Source: a virus (taxonomy: Duplodnaviria > Caudoviricetes). From it: a stretch of 37,930 nucleotides of DNA. The translations under genes and the position numbers were made by a program. Positions 20,099 to 28,302 of this stretch are shown here, piece by piece. Under the pieces are notes generated by a model. The model did not search any database and was not told the DNA's origin. It was given only the letters and a program-made list of their open reading frames with translations. The first letter of the stretch is position 1; every line of letters begins with the position of its first letter. The stretch is from positions 1 to 37,930 of IMG/VR virus record IMGVR_UViG_3300025848_000092. One strand, written 5' to 3'.

Positions 20099-20726
20099 GC
20101 AACAAGCCGCTATTGCGGCAAAGGTGAACGGCATGACCCTGCCTAGAGGCATGGGCGACGAACACAGCGCGTGTTCGATCGCAGCGATCAATTTGGCCTT
20201 GAGCGGGAGGCTGACCGACGAGATTCCCGCCTGCATGAGTGAAGTGGTTGGTAAATGGATCATCCAAGTACAGGACGCGATGCCTCAAAAAATGCGCAAC
20301 TCAAAGGCGTGGAAAGGCTTGCTGCCCCTAGCGGCTGGCACGGGTAGAGACCATGAGCGGGAGCGGGTGGCGCTCATCTTGGAGTGGATGTGGGGCACAG
20401 TGCTGCCATACCTCCAGCCTGTAGCAGATGCGGGCGGGTACGGAAAGAAGTGGCGCGCTGTGTGCAAGCTACGAACGCCAGCGGCGGCTAGGGAGGCGGC
20501 TGGGGCGGCTTGGGCGGCTCGGGCGACTTGGGCGGCTTGGGCGGCGGATCGGGCGGCTGAGGCGGCTTGGGCGGCGGCTGAAGCCGCGGCTGGGGCGGCT
20601 TGGGCGGCTAGGGAGGCGGCTGAAGCGGCTTTGGCGTCAACATTGGCATCCGGCGATCCCGAAAAAGCATGGGCGCACTTTGATCCTTGTGGGCTTTTGG
20701 AAAAACTTATTGAGGTGGGGAAATGA
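20082..20726 (+). CDS. Ala-Ala-X repeat protein, paralog 1
   Basis: Conserved N-domain (HSACSIAAINLAL..CMS..VQDAMP..LLPLAAGT), an AAX repeat core, and a GDPEKAWAHFDPCGLL tail. Confidence 0.85.
   Translation: MTLTIEQQAAIAAKVNGMTLPRGMGDEHSACSIAAINLALSGRLTDEIPACMSEVVGKWIIQVQDAMPQKMRNSKAWKGLLPLAAGTGRDHERERVALILEWMWGTVLPYLQPVADAGGYGKKWRAVCKLRTPAAAREAAGAAWAARATWAAWAADRAAEAAWAAAEAAAGAAWAAREAAEAALASTLASGDPEKAWAHFDPCGLLEKLIEVGK
20480..20632 (+). repeat. Degenerate 9-bp minisatellite GCGGCTNNN
   Basis: Units GCGGCTTGG / AGG / GGG / CGG / GAG / GAA. Confidence 0.85.
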
Positions 20727-21400
20727 CGCTAACGGCTGAACAGAAAGACGCAATTGCGGCAAAAGTAAACTCAATGACCTTGCCGAGCGGACTGGGCGAC
20801 GAGCACAGCGCGTGTTCGATCGCAGCGATTAACCTCGCTCTGACCGGACGACTGACCGACGAGGTTCCCGACTGCATGAGCGCGGTTATTGGCGACTGGA
20901 TCATCCACGTACAGGACGCTATGCCGGACGCTATGCGCAACTCAAAGGCATGGAAGTCCCTGCTGCCTTTGGCTGCCGGTACGGGTAGAGACCATGAGCC
21001 GGAGCGGCTGACGCTCATCAAGGACTGGCTGTGGACAGTCGTGCTGCCGTATGTTCAACCGATTGCGGACGCGGGAGGGTACGGCGAGCAATGGCGTGAT
21101 ATGTATCAGAAGAGAACGCGGAAGGCGGCTAGGGTGGCGGGGGGTTGGGCGGATGAGGCGGCTGAATCGGCTGAGGCGGAGGGTTGGGCGACTGAATCGG
21201 CGGATTGGGCGGCTCGGGCGGCTTGGGCGGCTTGGGCGGCTTGGGCGGCGGCTAGGGCGGCGGGGGGTTGGGCGGCTGAAGCGGCTTGGGCAGCTGAAGC
21301 GGCTTTGGCGGCAGCGTCGGCATCAGGCGATCCAGAAAAAGCATGGGCGCACTTCGATCCGTGCGGACTGCTGGCGAAGCTGGTGGAGGCAGGGAAATGA
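20723..21400 (+). CDS. Ala-Ala-X repeat protein, paralog 2
   Basis: About 75-80% amino-acid identity to paralog 1 over the first ~120 aa, with a different repeat core. Confidence 0.85.
   Translation: MTLTAEQKDAIAAKVNSMTLPSGLGDEHSACSIAAINLALTGRLTDEVPDCMSAVIGDWIIHVQDAMPDAMRNSKAWKSLLPLAAGTGRDHEPERLTLIKDWLWTVVLPYVQPIADAGGYGEQWRDMYQKRTRKAARVAGGWADEAAESAEAEGWATESADWAARAAWAAWAAWAAARAAGGWAAEAAWAAEAALAAASASGDPEKAWAHFDPCGLLAKLVEAGK
21124..21312 (+). repeat. Degenerate 9-bp minisatellite GCGGCTNNN
   Basis: Same unit as 20480..20632 in a different order and number. Confidence 0.85.
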
Positions 21401-21657
21401 CCAGAGACGACATCATCCGCATGGCGCGGGAGGCGCATCACGAGCTTGTCACGCAAGACTACCCGGGACATTTGGGGCAACTTGACCCTTGGACGCTGCG
21501 ACTGCTTGAACGCTTCGCCAACCTTGTCGCCAAGCATGAGCGCGAGGCGTGTGCAAAGGTGTGTGATAACCGCATAACCAATGAAGCTGGAATGCAGCGT
21601 GAGGATTATGAGAACCGACAATGCGCCGCAGCCATCAGAGCAAGGGGTGAGGTATGA
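21397..21657 (+). CDS. MTRDDII-family protein, copy 1
   Basis: MTRDDIIRMA..RFANLVAKHEREACAKVCD..AAAIRARGE. ATG at 21397 (ATGA overlap). Confidence 0.8.
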   Translation: MTRDDIIRMAREAHHELVTQDYPGHLGQLDPWTLRLLERFANLVAKHEREACAKVCDNRITNEAGMQREDYENRQCAAAIRARGEV

Positions 21658-22022
21658 GCAAATTTAGACAGGCCGCGGAGCAAGGCCTTGAGGCGTTGTC
21701 TTTGGCTTTTGAAAAGGATCTTACTTACTTGAGCGATAACGCGATGATTGCTAGACAAGACGTGGTCAGAGGCCGACTTGCTGTCAACGCCTTACGCGCT
21801 GCGCTTGCCGAGCCTGAGCAAAACACTGTGACCTGCGTCTGCGGTGCTGTGTGGGAAGGCGATCTCATGGTTCACGCCCCGATCCAGCGAAAGCCGCTGA
21901 CTGAACCTGAATTGCACGAGATCAATCCGACGTGGCCTGCGCCCGGGCAGCACTGGGAATACGAAGATGTGCTTGCATTTGTTAGGGCTATTGAAGTCAA
22001 ACTAAAGGAGAAGAACACATGA
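21654..22022 (+). CDS. Modular hypothetical early protein
   Basis: RQAAEQGLEAL..ALRAALAEPEQ..RKPLTE..FVRAIEVKLKEKN motifs. Confidence 0.75.
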   Translation: MSKFRQAAEQGLEALSLAFEKDLTYLSDNAMIARQDVVRGRLAVNALRAALAEPEQNTVTCVCGAVWEGDLMVHAPIQRKPLTEPELHEINPTWPAPGQHWEYEDVLAFVRAIEVKLKEKNT

Positions 22023-22252
22023 CACGAGACGACATTATCAAGATGGCGAAGCAGGCTAAATTGCCGTACGAGTACGACACCTGGCGCTTGTTGCATCTGA
22101 AAGAAGTTGAACACTTCGCTGCCCTTGTCGCAGCAGCAGAGCGTGAGGCGTGTGCGAAGGCATGCGAAGACGTGTGGAATCACAGGAAAGGGCTTGAGAC
22201 GGGAACCGCTCTTGAATGCGTCGTCGCCATACGTGCGAGAGGTGAGAAATGA
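22019..22252 (+). CDS. MTRDDII-family protein, copy 2
   Basis: MTRDDIIKMA..FAALVAAAEREACAKAC..AIRARGE. Confidence 0.8.
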   Translation: MTRDDIIKMAKQAKLPYEYDTWRLLHLKEVEHFAALVAAAEREACAKACEDVWNHRKGLETGTALECVVAIRARGEK

Positions 22253-22668
22253 CACGCGACGACATCATCCGCATGGCGCAGCAGTCGTGGTGGGAGATGC
22301 CCCCATCCTTCGATGAAACTGACGGCTTTTGTAGGCGTCTCGAAAGGTTCGCCAACCTTGTCGTCAAGCATGAGCGTGAGGAGTGCGCAAAAGTGTGTGA
22401 CGAGATCAAAAAAAAGAATATGAACGAACGAATCGAAGATCTTGCTTTAGGTGCAGGATTACTAAACTATGTGGATAACGAAACTCCGCGAAGATGTTTC
22501 ATTCATGGTCATGCTGACCTAGTAGAAGTACAAAAGTTCGCCCAGATGATTGTAAAAGATTGCTTAAATGAGTTATGCGATCAGATGGATAAACACAAGA
22601 TCAATCTTTCTAATTTACCGGGTTGGTATAGAGCACTAGAAGACACTGAAAAGCAGTTTAACACCTAA
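22249..22668 (+). CDS. MTRDDII-family protein, copy 3, fused to an MNERI-type module
   Basis: The MTRDD module ends at CDEIKKKN and is followed in frame by MNERIEDLA..KFAQMIVKDC. Confidence 0.7.
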   Translation: MTRDDIIRMAQQSWWEMPPSFDETDGFCRRLERFANLVVKHEREECAKVCDEIKKKNMNERIEDLALGAGLLNYVDNETPRRCFIHGHADLVEVQKFAQMIVKDCLNELCDQMDKHKINLSNLPGWYRALEDTEKQFNT

Positions 22669-22694
22669 ATATAAGGTAACGAGGAGGAAGAAAA

Positions 22695-22907
22695 ATGACA
22701 TTGCGTGATGAATTCTATTATAAAGAGCAGGATTCTTTTAGCCGTACAAAAGAGGCATGGTTCGATGATATACCGCAGCATATCGCAGCCTACCTCAAGA
22801 GGGGCGGCAAGATCACCCAGTGCGAACCAGGTGAGGGTGTATATGCAAAAAGGTATGAAGACGGCACCGCCGCAAGGCATTTTGTAATCAAGAGAGGTAA
22901 GGAATGA
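22695..22907 (+). CDS. Hypothetical protein
   Basis: 70 aa, GAGGAGG RBS, YLKRGGKITQC motif. Confidence 0.7.
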   Translation: MTLRDEFYYKEQDSFSRTKEAWFDDIPQHIAAYLKRGGKITQCEPGEGVYAKRYEDGTAARHFVIKRGKE

Positions 22908-23284
22908 TGAAAGACCTAATCGATATACTCAAAAGACAGATCAACATGGCACCATTGGAGAAGCAGCGGCCTGAGAGCCTAGATAGTCTGGTGGCTAAGT
23001 GTACTGGCTGGAGCGAGGCACGGCTGATCTTCAAGAATGGCAAGCGTGAGACTCAGATGCTGAAGCTAATTGAGGAAATAGGTGAACTGGCATCATCAAT
23101 CGCCAAGAACAGAAGCGTAGCTGATGACATAGGCGATGCTTTAGTGGTGCTGAATAACCTTGCCATCATGAGCGGCCTGACCTTGCAGGAGTGCCTAGCG
23201 GCTGCCTACGCTGACATCAAGGATCGAAAGGGGCACATAAACAGCGCAGGGGTCTTCATCAAGGCCGAGGAGACGCTGAGATGA
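22904..23284 (+). CDS. MazG-like NTP pyrophosphohydrolase
   Basis: W..R..QMLKLIEEIGELA..DDIGDALVVL..CL..AY..IKDRKG. Confidence 0.85.
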   Translation: MMKDLIDILKRQINMAPLEKQRPESLDSLVAKCTGWSEARLIFKNGKRETQMLKLIEEIGELASSIAKNRSVADDIGDALVVLNNLAIMSGLTLQECLAAAYADIKDRKGHINSAGVFIKAEETLR

Positions 23285-23382
23285 CAAATAAGGATGATCT
23301 GGTGGTGCTAGCTGTTCTGGTAGTGGTGCTGGTGGTTCTGTGGGTAGTGCCGACAATGATCGAATCAATATGCAGTTTCTAA
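23281..23382 (+). CDS. Small membrane peptide (not in ORF track)
   Basis: 33 aa with a poly-Val/Leu TM segment, AGGAG RBS, ATGA overlap. Confidence 0.5.
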   Translation: MTNKDDLVVLAVLVVVLVVLWVVPTMIESICSF

Positions 23383-23395
23383 TTAAGGAGGCAAT

Positions 23396-23605
23396 ATGAA
23401 AAAGATCAGACTGTACCCAACGACGATGGAAGCATTGGACTATCTGGACGATGAGGTATTCCAGCTAGAGGTGAAAGGCACCAGTGTACGCTTAAAGATG
23501 GATTACACCATGACCCCTGCCGAGTGGCCTGCGATTGCAGAGGCAATTCAGAGGGCTATGGATCAAATGTTACACAACCCAGCCTTTGACCCTGACGGGG
23601 AATAG
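23396..23605 (+). CDS. Hypothetical protein
   Basis: 69 aa, AAGGAGG RBS. Confidence 0.7.
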   Translation: MKKIRLYPTTMEALDYLDDEVFQLEVKGTSVRLKMDYTMTPAEWPAIAEAIQRAMDQMLHNPAFDPDGE

Positions 23606-23613
23606 GCACCAGA

Positions 23614-23641
23614 GCCTCTGAGAAGCCCTCAGAGGCACTTT
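23614..23641 (+). terminator. Hairpin at end of early gene block (weak terminator candidate)
   Basis: 9-bp stem GCCTCTGAG / CTCAGAGGC with a 5-nt loop and only a short T tail. Confidence 0.45.
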
Positions 23642-23699
23642 AGGGACTTAGGCAATAGGTAGGTATAGGGGGTATGTTCTAATGAGGCACCAAGGCTCT

Positions 23700-23840
23700 G
23701 AATTACAGTGTTTTGGTGTCTCTATAGAGACTCTAGAGGTACAGAGTCACTAGTGTCTTAGAGGTTATTAAGAATTATTATCATTTAAGATTATTAATCT
23801 CTAGAGACTCTGAATCTCTAGTGTCTCTGTAGAGATTATA
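23700..23840. other. Iterated TAGAGAC/GTGTCT motifs around an AT-rich tract (origin-like), including 34-bp element copy 2 at 23801..23834
   Basis: GTCTCTATAGAGAC palindrome, repeated TAGAGACTC, and an AT-rich stretch at 23765-23800, upstream of the primase-helicase operon. Confidence 0.5.
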
Positions 23841-23873
23841 CTCAGGATTGTGTATCAAATATGGAGGGTGTTT

Positions 23874-24068
23874 ATGTTGGAAAAGATTATGGGAGCCTAT
23901 GTACTGTCGGAGTCTACAGAGACTCTGTACATGGCCGCCTGCCAGGTAAGAGGGGGAGTCGATAAGGCCCTTGTGCTTAAGTGGTATCCTACCGTCAATG
24001 AGGCTGATCTAGACACCTTACTGGCCGAGATGGACGAATACGACAAGTGGAGTAAATCATGTTCATAA
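23874..24068 (+). CDS. Hypothetical protein
   Basis: 64 aa, GGAGG RBS before ATG 23874. Confidence 0.55.
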   Translation: MLEKIMGAYVLSESTETLYMAACQVRGGVDKALVLKWYPTVNEADLDTLLAEMDEYDKWSKSCS

Positions 24069-25666
24069 AGACACACATTCCATGCCCTGACACGGAGAAG
24101 TGCCGTAGCAGTGATGCTGCGGCCTTGGATGACAAGGGAGCCATATACTGTTTTAGCTGTAAGAACACCTTCTATGAGCATAATTACCATGCTCCGTTGG
24201 CGCAGACGCCAACACCTAAGCCAGCCTTCTCAGCCGTCGAGAACCTCATCATCACGGGTGAGTATGTAGGGTGTCCTGAGCGGGGGATTACGGCAGAGAC
24301 GGCAAAGCTCTACAAGGCCCTGCACACTGCTGAGAAAGTTTACTATGGTTACTATTCAGCAAAGAACCCTACGCAGATCATAGCGGCTAAGATGCGCTAC
24401 CCTGACAAGCGGTTCCCTTGGGTAGGTGAGACCAAAGGCACCCTGCTGTTCGGTCAGCAGCTATTCCCCAGTGGTGGTAAGTACGTGACCATCACAGAGG
24501 GCGAGGAAGACGCTATGGCGGCCTACCAGCTACTCGGCAGCAAGTACCCTGTGGTCAGCATAGCCAATGGTGCCCAAGCGGCCTTAGCAAACTGTAAGGC
24601 CAGCTATGAGTGGCTGGATAGCTATGAGTGCATAGTCATTAGCTTTGACTCTGACGATCCCGGCAGGGCTGCTGCGAAGGAAGTGGCTGCCTTGTTCGGA
24701 GGCAAGGCCAAGGTAATGAAGCACCCGGAAGGGCTGAAGGATGCCTGTGATTACTACAAGGCTGGCAGGGCTGCTGAGTTCTCCCAGGCATGGTGGCGGG
24801 CAGAGCGGTTCACCCCTGACGGTATCATCTCAGGGGAGAGCCTCAGAGAGGCCCTGAAGACGCCGGTAGAGGCCCCTACCCTACTCTACCCTTGGGAGGG
24901 CCTGAACAAGATGCTGAGAGGCATCAGAGACGCCGAGCTAGTGTGCTGGACGGCAGGGTCTGGGGTAGGCAAGAGCAGCATCCTCCGGGAGATTGTGTAC
25001 CATGCCCTACGCACCACAGACAGGGAGATCGGCCTAGCCTTCCTTGAGGAGACACCGGAGCGCACCATGCGAGGCATTGCTGGCCTGCACCTTAACAAGC
25101 CAATCCACCTTGATGGGATCGTTTATGAGGGCAAGGACATCGACGATGCCTATGACACCTTGGGGCTGGGGCAGCGCATCCACCTGTGGGAACACTGGGG
25201 GAGCAGCCAGATCGATAACGTCATCAGCCGCCTGAAGTTCTTTGCAAAGGCTCTGAATAGCCGTATCCTTATCTTAGACCATATCTCTATTGTGGTCTCT
25301 GGTGATGCCAGTCAGAATGAACGACAGGTCATTGATGAATTGATGACCCGTCTACGGACTGAGGTAGTGCAGCAGACGCACTGTAGCCTGCACATAGTAA
25401 GCCACCTCACCCGGCCCGATGGTAAGCCCTTGGAGAATGGTGCACCAGTCCACCTGGGGCTTCTCAGAGGCTCTGGTGCCATTGCACAGCTATCTGACGT
25501 AGTGATAGCAGCAGAGCGCAATAGCCAAGCAGACGATGAGCTAGAGCGTAACACGGTGAGGATCAGGGTTCTTAAGAGCCGCATTACCGGCAAGACGGGT
25601 GTAGCTACAAACCTACTGTATGATAATCAAACAGGTCGGATGACCGAAATAGGTAACGACATATGA
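24059..25666 (+). CDS. T7 gp4-like DNA primase-helicase
   Basis: Zn finger CP..C.SSDA..YCFSC, TOPRIM TEGEEDA and FDSDDPG, Walker A AGSGVGKS, ILDHISI, and LRGSGAIAQLSD. Confidence 0.97.
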   Translation: MFIKTHIPCPDTEKCRSSDAAALDDKGAIYCFSCKNTFYEHNYHAPLAQTPTPKPAFSAVENLIITGEYVGCPERGITAETAKLYKALHTAEKVYYGYYSAKNPTQIIAAKMRYPDKRFPWVGETKGTLLFGQQLFPSGGKYVTITEGEEDAMAAYQLLGSKYPVVSIANGAQAALANCKASYEWLDSYECIVISFDSDDPGRAAAKEVAALFGGKAKVMKHPEGLKDACDYYKAGRAAEFSQAWWRAERFTPDGIISGESLREALKTPVEAPTLLYPWEGLNKMLRGIRDAELVCWTAGSGVGKSSILREIVYHALRTTDREIGLAFLEETPERTMRGIAGLHLNKPIHLDGIVYEGKDIDDAYDTLGLGQRIHLWEHWGSSQIDNVISRLKFFAKALNSRILILDHISIVVSGDASQNERQVIDELMTRLRTEVVQQTHCSLHIVSHLTRPDGKPLENGAPVHLGLLRGSGAIAQLSDVVIAAERNSQADDELERNTVRIRVLKSRITGKTGVATNLLYDNQTGRMTEIGNDI

Positions 25667-25863
25667 ACTACAAGGATAAGACATGGTGCCCCTATTGGGA
25701 GTTCTGTAGCCACGGGACGGTATGCGATAGGGCATTGACACCCAAGGTCAAAGAGGATGCCAAGGCTTGGTGGCTGATGGCAACCAAGGGGAAAAGCAGT
25801 GATGCCCCGATAATGATGCACGTTCAGATACCCAATTGCTTTGAGGCGCTGAAGAAACAATGA
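25663..25863 (+). CDS. Small Cys-rich protein
   Basis: KDKTWC..C..CDRAL, ATGA overlaps on both sides. Confidence 0.6.
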   Translation: MNYKDKTWCPYWEFCSHGTVCDRALTPKVKEDAKAWWLMATKGKSSDAPIMMHVQIPNCFEALKKQ

Positions 25864-26057
25864 GATGCCTGGCCTGCGACTGTGTACTAACGGACTTTGA
25901 GGCAACCAGGAAGGCAAAAGACTCAAAGCAGTATGTAGACCTGTGCAATCAATGTTTTGAAACTATAAGGGGCAGCTTTGAGGTTATCGAAAGAGAAGAC
26001 CTAAAGCCTGTTGTGGACGATAGCTGGGCTGGTGAGGGATATGATTATGATGACTAA
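25860..26057 (+). CDS. Small Zn-finger protein
   Basis: MRCLACD..EATRK..DLCNQC (CxxC..CxxC). Confidence 0.7.
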   Translation: MRCLACDCVLTDFEATRKAKDSKQYVDLCNQCFETIRGSFEVIEREDLKPVVDDSWAGEGYDYDD

Positions 26058-26181
26058 AGCAGTTGAGGAAGTATTTGAAGGCATCCTAGATGGGAATGTC
26101 TCACTGGATGAGTTCAAGGCATGGCTGGCATTATGGTCAGTGGCTATCCTCAAGGAGTTCTCAGATGAGACTCTATCTTGA
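26050..26181 (+). CDS. Hypothetical protein (not in ORF track)
   Basis: 43 aa, MTKAVEEVFEGILDG.., fills the gap before the polymerase. Confidence 0.45.
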   Translation: MTKAVEEVFEGILDGNVSLDEFKAWLALWSVAILKEFSDETLS

Positions 26182-27832
26182 CCTAGAGACCGACACAGCG
26201 CACCAGCAGATATGGTGTGCAGCCTATGCCATTGATGATGGCGAGCCACAAGTCACTACAGACAAGTGGCAATGCAAGTGCATTGTCGAGGCCGCTGATG
26301 AGATCGTTAATCATAATCTCATAGGCTTTGATGCGCCGGCGCTAGAGAGGCTGTGGGGGATCAAGATACCGTTCAAGAAGATGGTAGACACCTTGGTCAT
26401 GTCGAGGCTCTGGAACCCCGCACTACCTGACGGACACAGCCTAGAGGCTTGGGGAGCTAGGCTGGGAACACCCAAGGGAGAGTTCAGGGCCTATGATGAT
26501 GGTTATTCCGAGGAGATGGCAGAGTATGCAAAGCAGGACATCGTAGTCACCAGGCAATTATATCAATACTTGTATAATCAACTGGCGACTGAGAAGTTCT
26601 CTACCGACAGCATTACCTTAGAACATCAGGTGGCATACATCATCGAAGGGCAGGTCAGGAATGGCATTACCTTTGAGTTCATGGAGGCTCTGAACCTGAG
26701 AGACACCTTGGAGAATCGCATGAGGGCTATAGAGGCTCAGATGCAGCAGGTGTTCCCCCCGATCATCACCGAGAGGTACTCGGAGAAGACTGGGAAGCGG
26801 CTGAAAGACTTGGTGGAGGAGTTCAACCCCGGTAGCAGGCAGCAAGTAGCTTTCAGGCTACAGCAGCTAGGTGTGGTATTTCCTGAGACTACGGAGACAG
26901 GGCTACCCAAGGTGGATGAAGACGTACTGGCTAAGATCAACACACCAGAGTCTGCCCTGATCTCGGAGTATCTGATGCTACAGAAGCGGCTGGGGCTTGT
27001 AGCGGCATGGATCAAGGCTTGTGGTAATGATGGCAAGATCAGGGGCAGGGTAATCACCAACGGTGCCGTCACAGGCCGCATGACGCACTACAGCCCTAAC
27101 TTGGCTCAGATACCTGCGGTTGGTGCCCCCTACGGTAAGGAATGCCGTAGCCTGTTTGTGCCTAGCTTTGGGAAGGTCATGGTCGGTATTGATGCCAGTG
27201 CCTTAGAGCTATGTATGCTGGCTCATTACATGAAGGACGATGACTTCACCAAGTCAGTAGTTGAGGGGAAGAAGGAAGACAAGACTGACGTACACAGCAG
27301 GAACCAAGCCGCTGCTGGACTACCGACAAGGGATCAGGCCAAGACATTCATCTATGCCCTGCTGTATGGTGCTGGCCCTGGTAAGATCGGAGCCATCGTC
27401 GGCGGAGGCGCTAGAGAGGGAATGGTATTGATTGATACCTTCATGGAGAATATGCCTAAGCTGGCGAGGCTCAAGCACAATGTCGAGAAGGCTGCCGAGG
27501 TCACTGACGCTACGCTGAAGGGCTTGGACAAGCGTAGGCTCAGGATCAGATCAGCCCACAGCAGCCTGAACACCTTGTTACAGTCAGCAGGGGCTATCGT
27601 GATGAAGCAGGCCTTGGTGATCCTCTACCGGAGCCTGAAGCGGTACAAGCTAGACGCTAGGTTCCTGTTGAATGTTCATGATGAGTGGCAGATAGAGGCT
27701 TCTCCAGACCATGCTGAAGAAGTGGCGAGGCTAGGGGTACTGGCTATTAAGGAGGCGGGGGAGGTATTGAAGTTGAACTGCCCCCTCTCTGGTGAGGCGA
27801 AGATCGGTAAGAACTGGGCGGAGACGCATTAA
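26165..27832 (+). CDS. polA: Family A DNA polymerase (T7-like, with 3'-5' exonuclease)
   Basis: Exonuclease motifs DLETD, HNLIGFD, YAKQDI. Polymerase motifs TGRMTH..PNLAQIP, motif A DASALEL, motif B RDQAKTFIYALLYG, motif C VHDEWQ. AAGGAG RBS before ATG 26165. Confidence 0.97.
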   Translation: MRLYLDLETDTAHQQIWCAAYAIDDGEPQVTTDKWQCKCIVEAADEIVNHNLIGFDAPALERLWGIKIPFKKMVDTLVMSRLWNPALPDGHSLEAWGARLGTPKGEFRAYDDGYSEEMAEYAKQDIVVTRQLYQYLYNQLATEKFSTDSITLEHQVAYIIEGQVRNGITFEFMEALNLRDTLENRMRAIEAQMQQVFPPIITERYSEKTGKRLKDLVEEFNPGSRQQVAFRLQQLGVVFPETTETGLPKVDEDVLAKINTPESALISEYLMLQKRLGLVAAWIKACGNDGKIRGRVITNGAVTGRMTHYSPNLAQIPAVGAPYGKECRSLFVPSFGKVMVGIDASALELCMLAHYMKDDDFTKSVVEGKKEDKTDVHSRNQAAAGLPTRDQAKTFIYALLYGAGPGKIGAIVGGGAREGMVLIDTFMENMPKLARLKHNVEKAAEVTDATLKGLDKRRLRIRSAHSSLNTLLQSAGAIVMKQALVILYRSLKRYKLDARFLLNVHDEWQIEASPDHAEEVARLGVLAIKEAGEVLKLNCPLSGEAKIGKNWAETH

Positions 27833-27836
27833 GGGC

Positions 27837-27864
27837 TTGACAAGCTATAGAGATTTCATAGACT
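27837..27864 (+). promoter_or_regulatory. Possible sigma70 promoter for ssb block
   Basis: TTGACA-16 nt-TAGACT in the intergenic gap. Confidence 0.45.
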
Positions 27865-27894
27865 ACGTAGTGCAACGTCAACAAAGGAGGCAAT

Positions 27895-28302
27895 ATGTCA
27901 GACTTAGTAGCATTGAAGAACGTGACCATCTTCTGGGCCAACCTTGAGAAGGTCAATGATATGTCCGGCAAGTACCAGGTAGACATTGGTAACTTGTCTG
28001 ATGAGCAGGTAGCGTCTTTGGCAAAGATCAAAGTCATTGCCAAGGTGCATGACCTGAAAGGTAAGTTCATTACCTGCAAGTCAAACAGGCCCATCAAAGC
28101 CTTGGATGGCAAGGGCAATCCCATCACAGGGACTAACATAGGCAACGGCACCAGTGCTAATGCCTTGATTGGTTCCTATGAATGGAAGGCCCCAGTAGGC
28201 GACAAGAAAGGTGTCAGTCCTAGCCTTGCCAAGTTAGTGATTACTAACCTTGTTGAATACACTCCCGAAGCTGGCGATTCGGATGACGAGGACTTCATCT
28301 AA
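27895..28302 (+). CDS. Single-stranded DNA-binding protein (T7 gp2.5-like)
   Basis: FWANL..SGKYQVDI..IGNGT, acidic tail ending DSDDEDFI, AAGGAGG RBS. Confidence 0.8.
   Translation: MSDLVALKNVTIFWANLEKVNDMSGKYQVDIGNLSDEQVASLAKIKVIAKVHDLKGKFITCKSNRPIKALDGKGNPITGTNIGNGTSANALIGSYEWKAPVGDKKGVSPSLAKLVITNLVEYTPEAGDSDDEDFI

Noticed and set aside
20428-21485. Arg-rich RLG-repeat ORFs in an alternative frame
   Set aside because: By-product of the 9-bp minisatellite. The Ala frame carries the conserved domains and RBS. The 3' part of 21343..21657 is the real gene, starting at 21397.
22904-23284. Z-base (diaminopurine) or other DNA modification system
   Set aside because: MazG-like gene is present, but no PurZ, DatZ, queuosine-pathway, methyltransferase or glycosyltransferase gene is recognisable.
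26090-26164. N-terminal extension of the DNA polymerase
   Set aside because: The AAGGAG RBS and exonuclease motif I position support ATG 26165.
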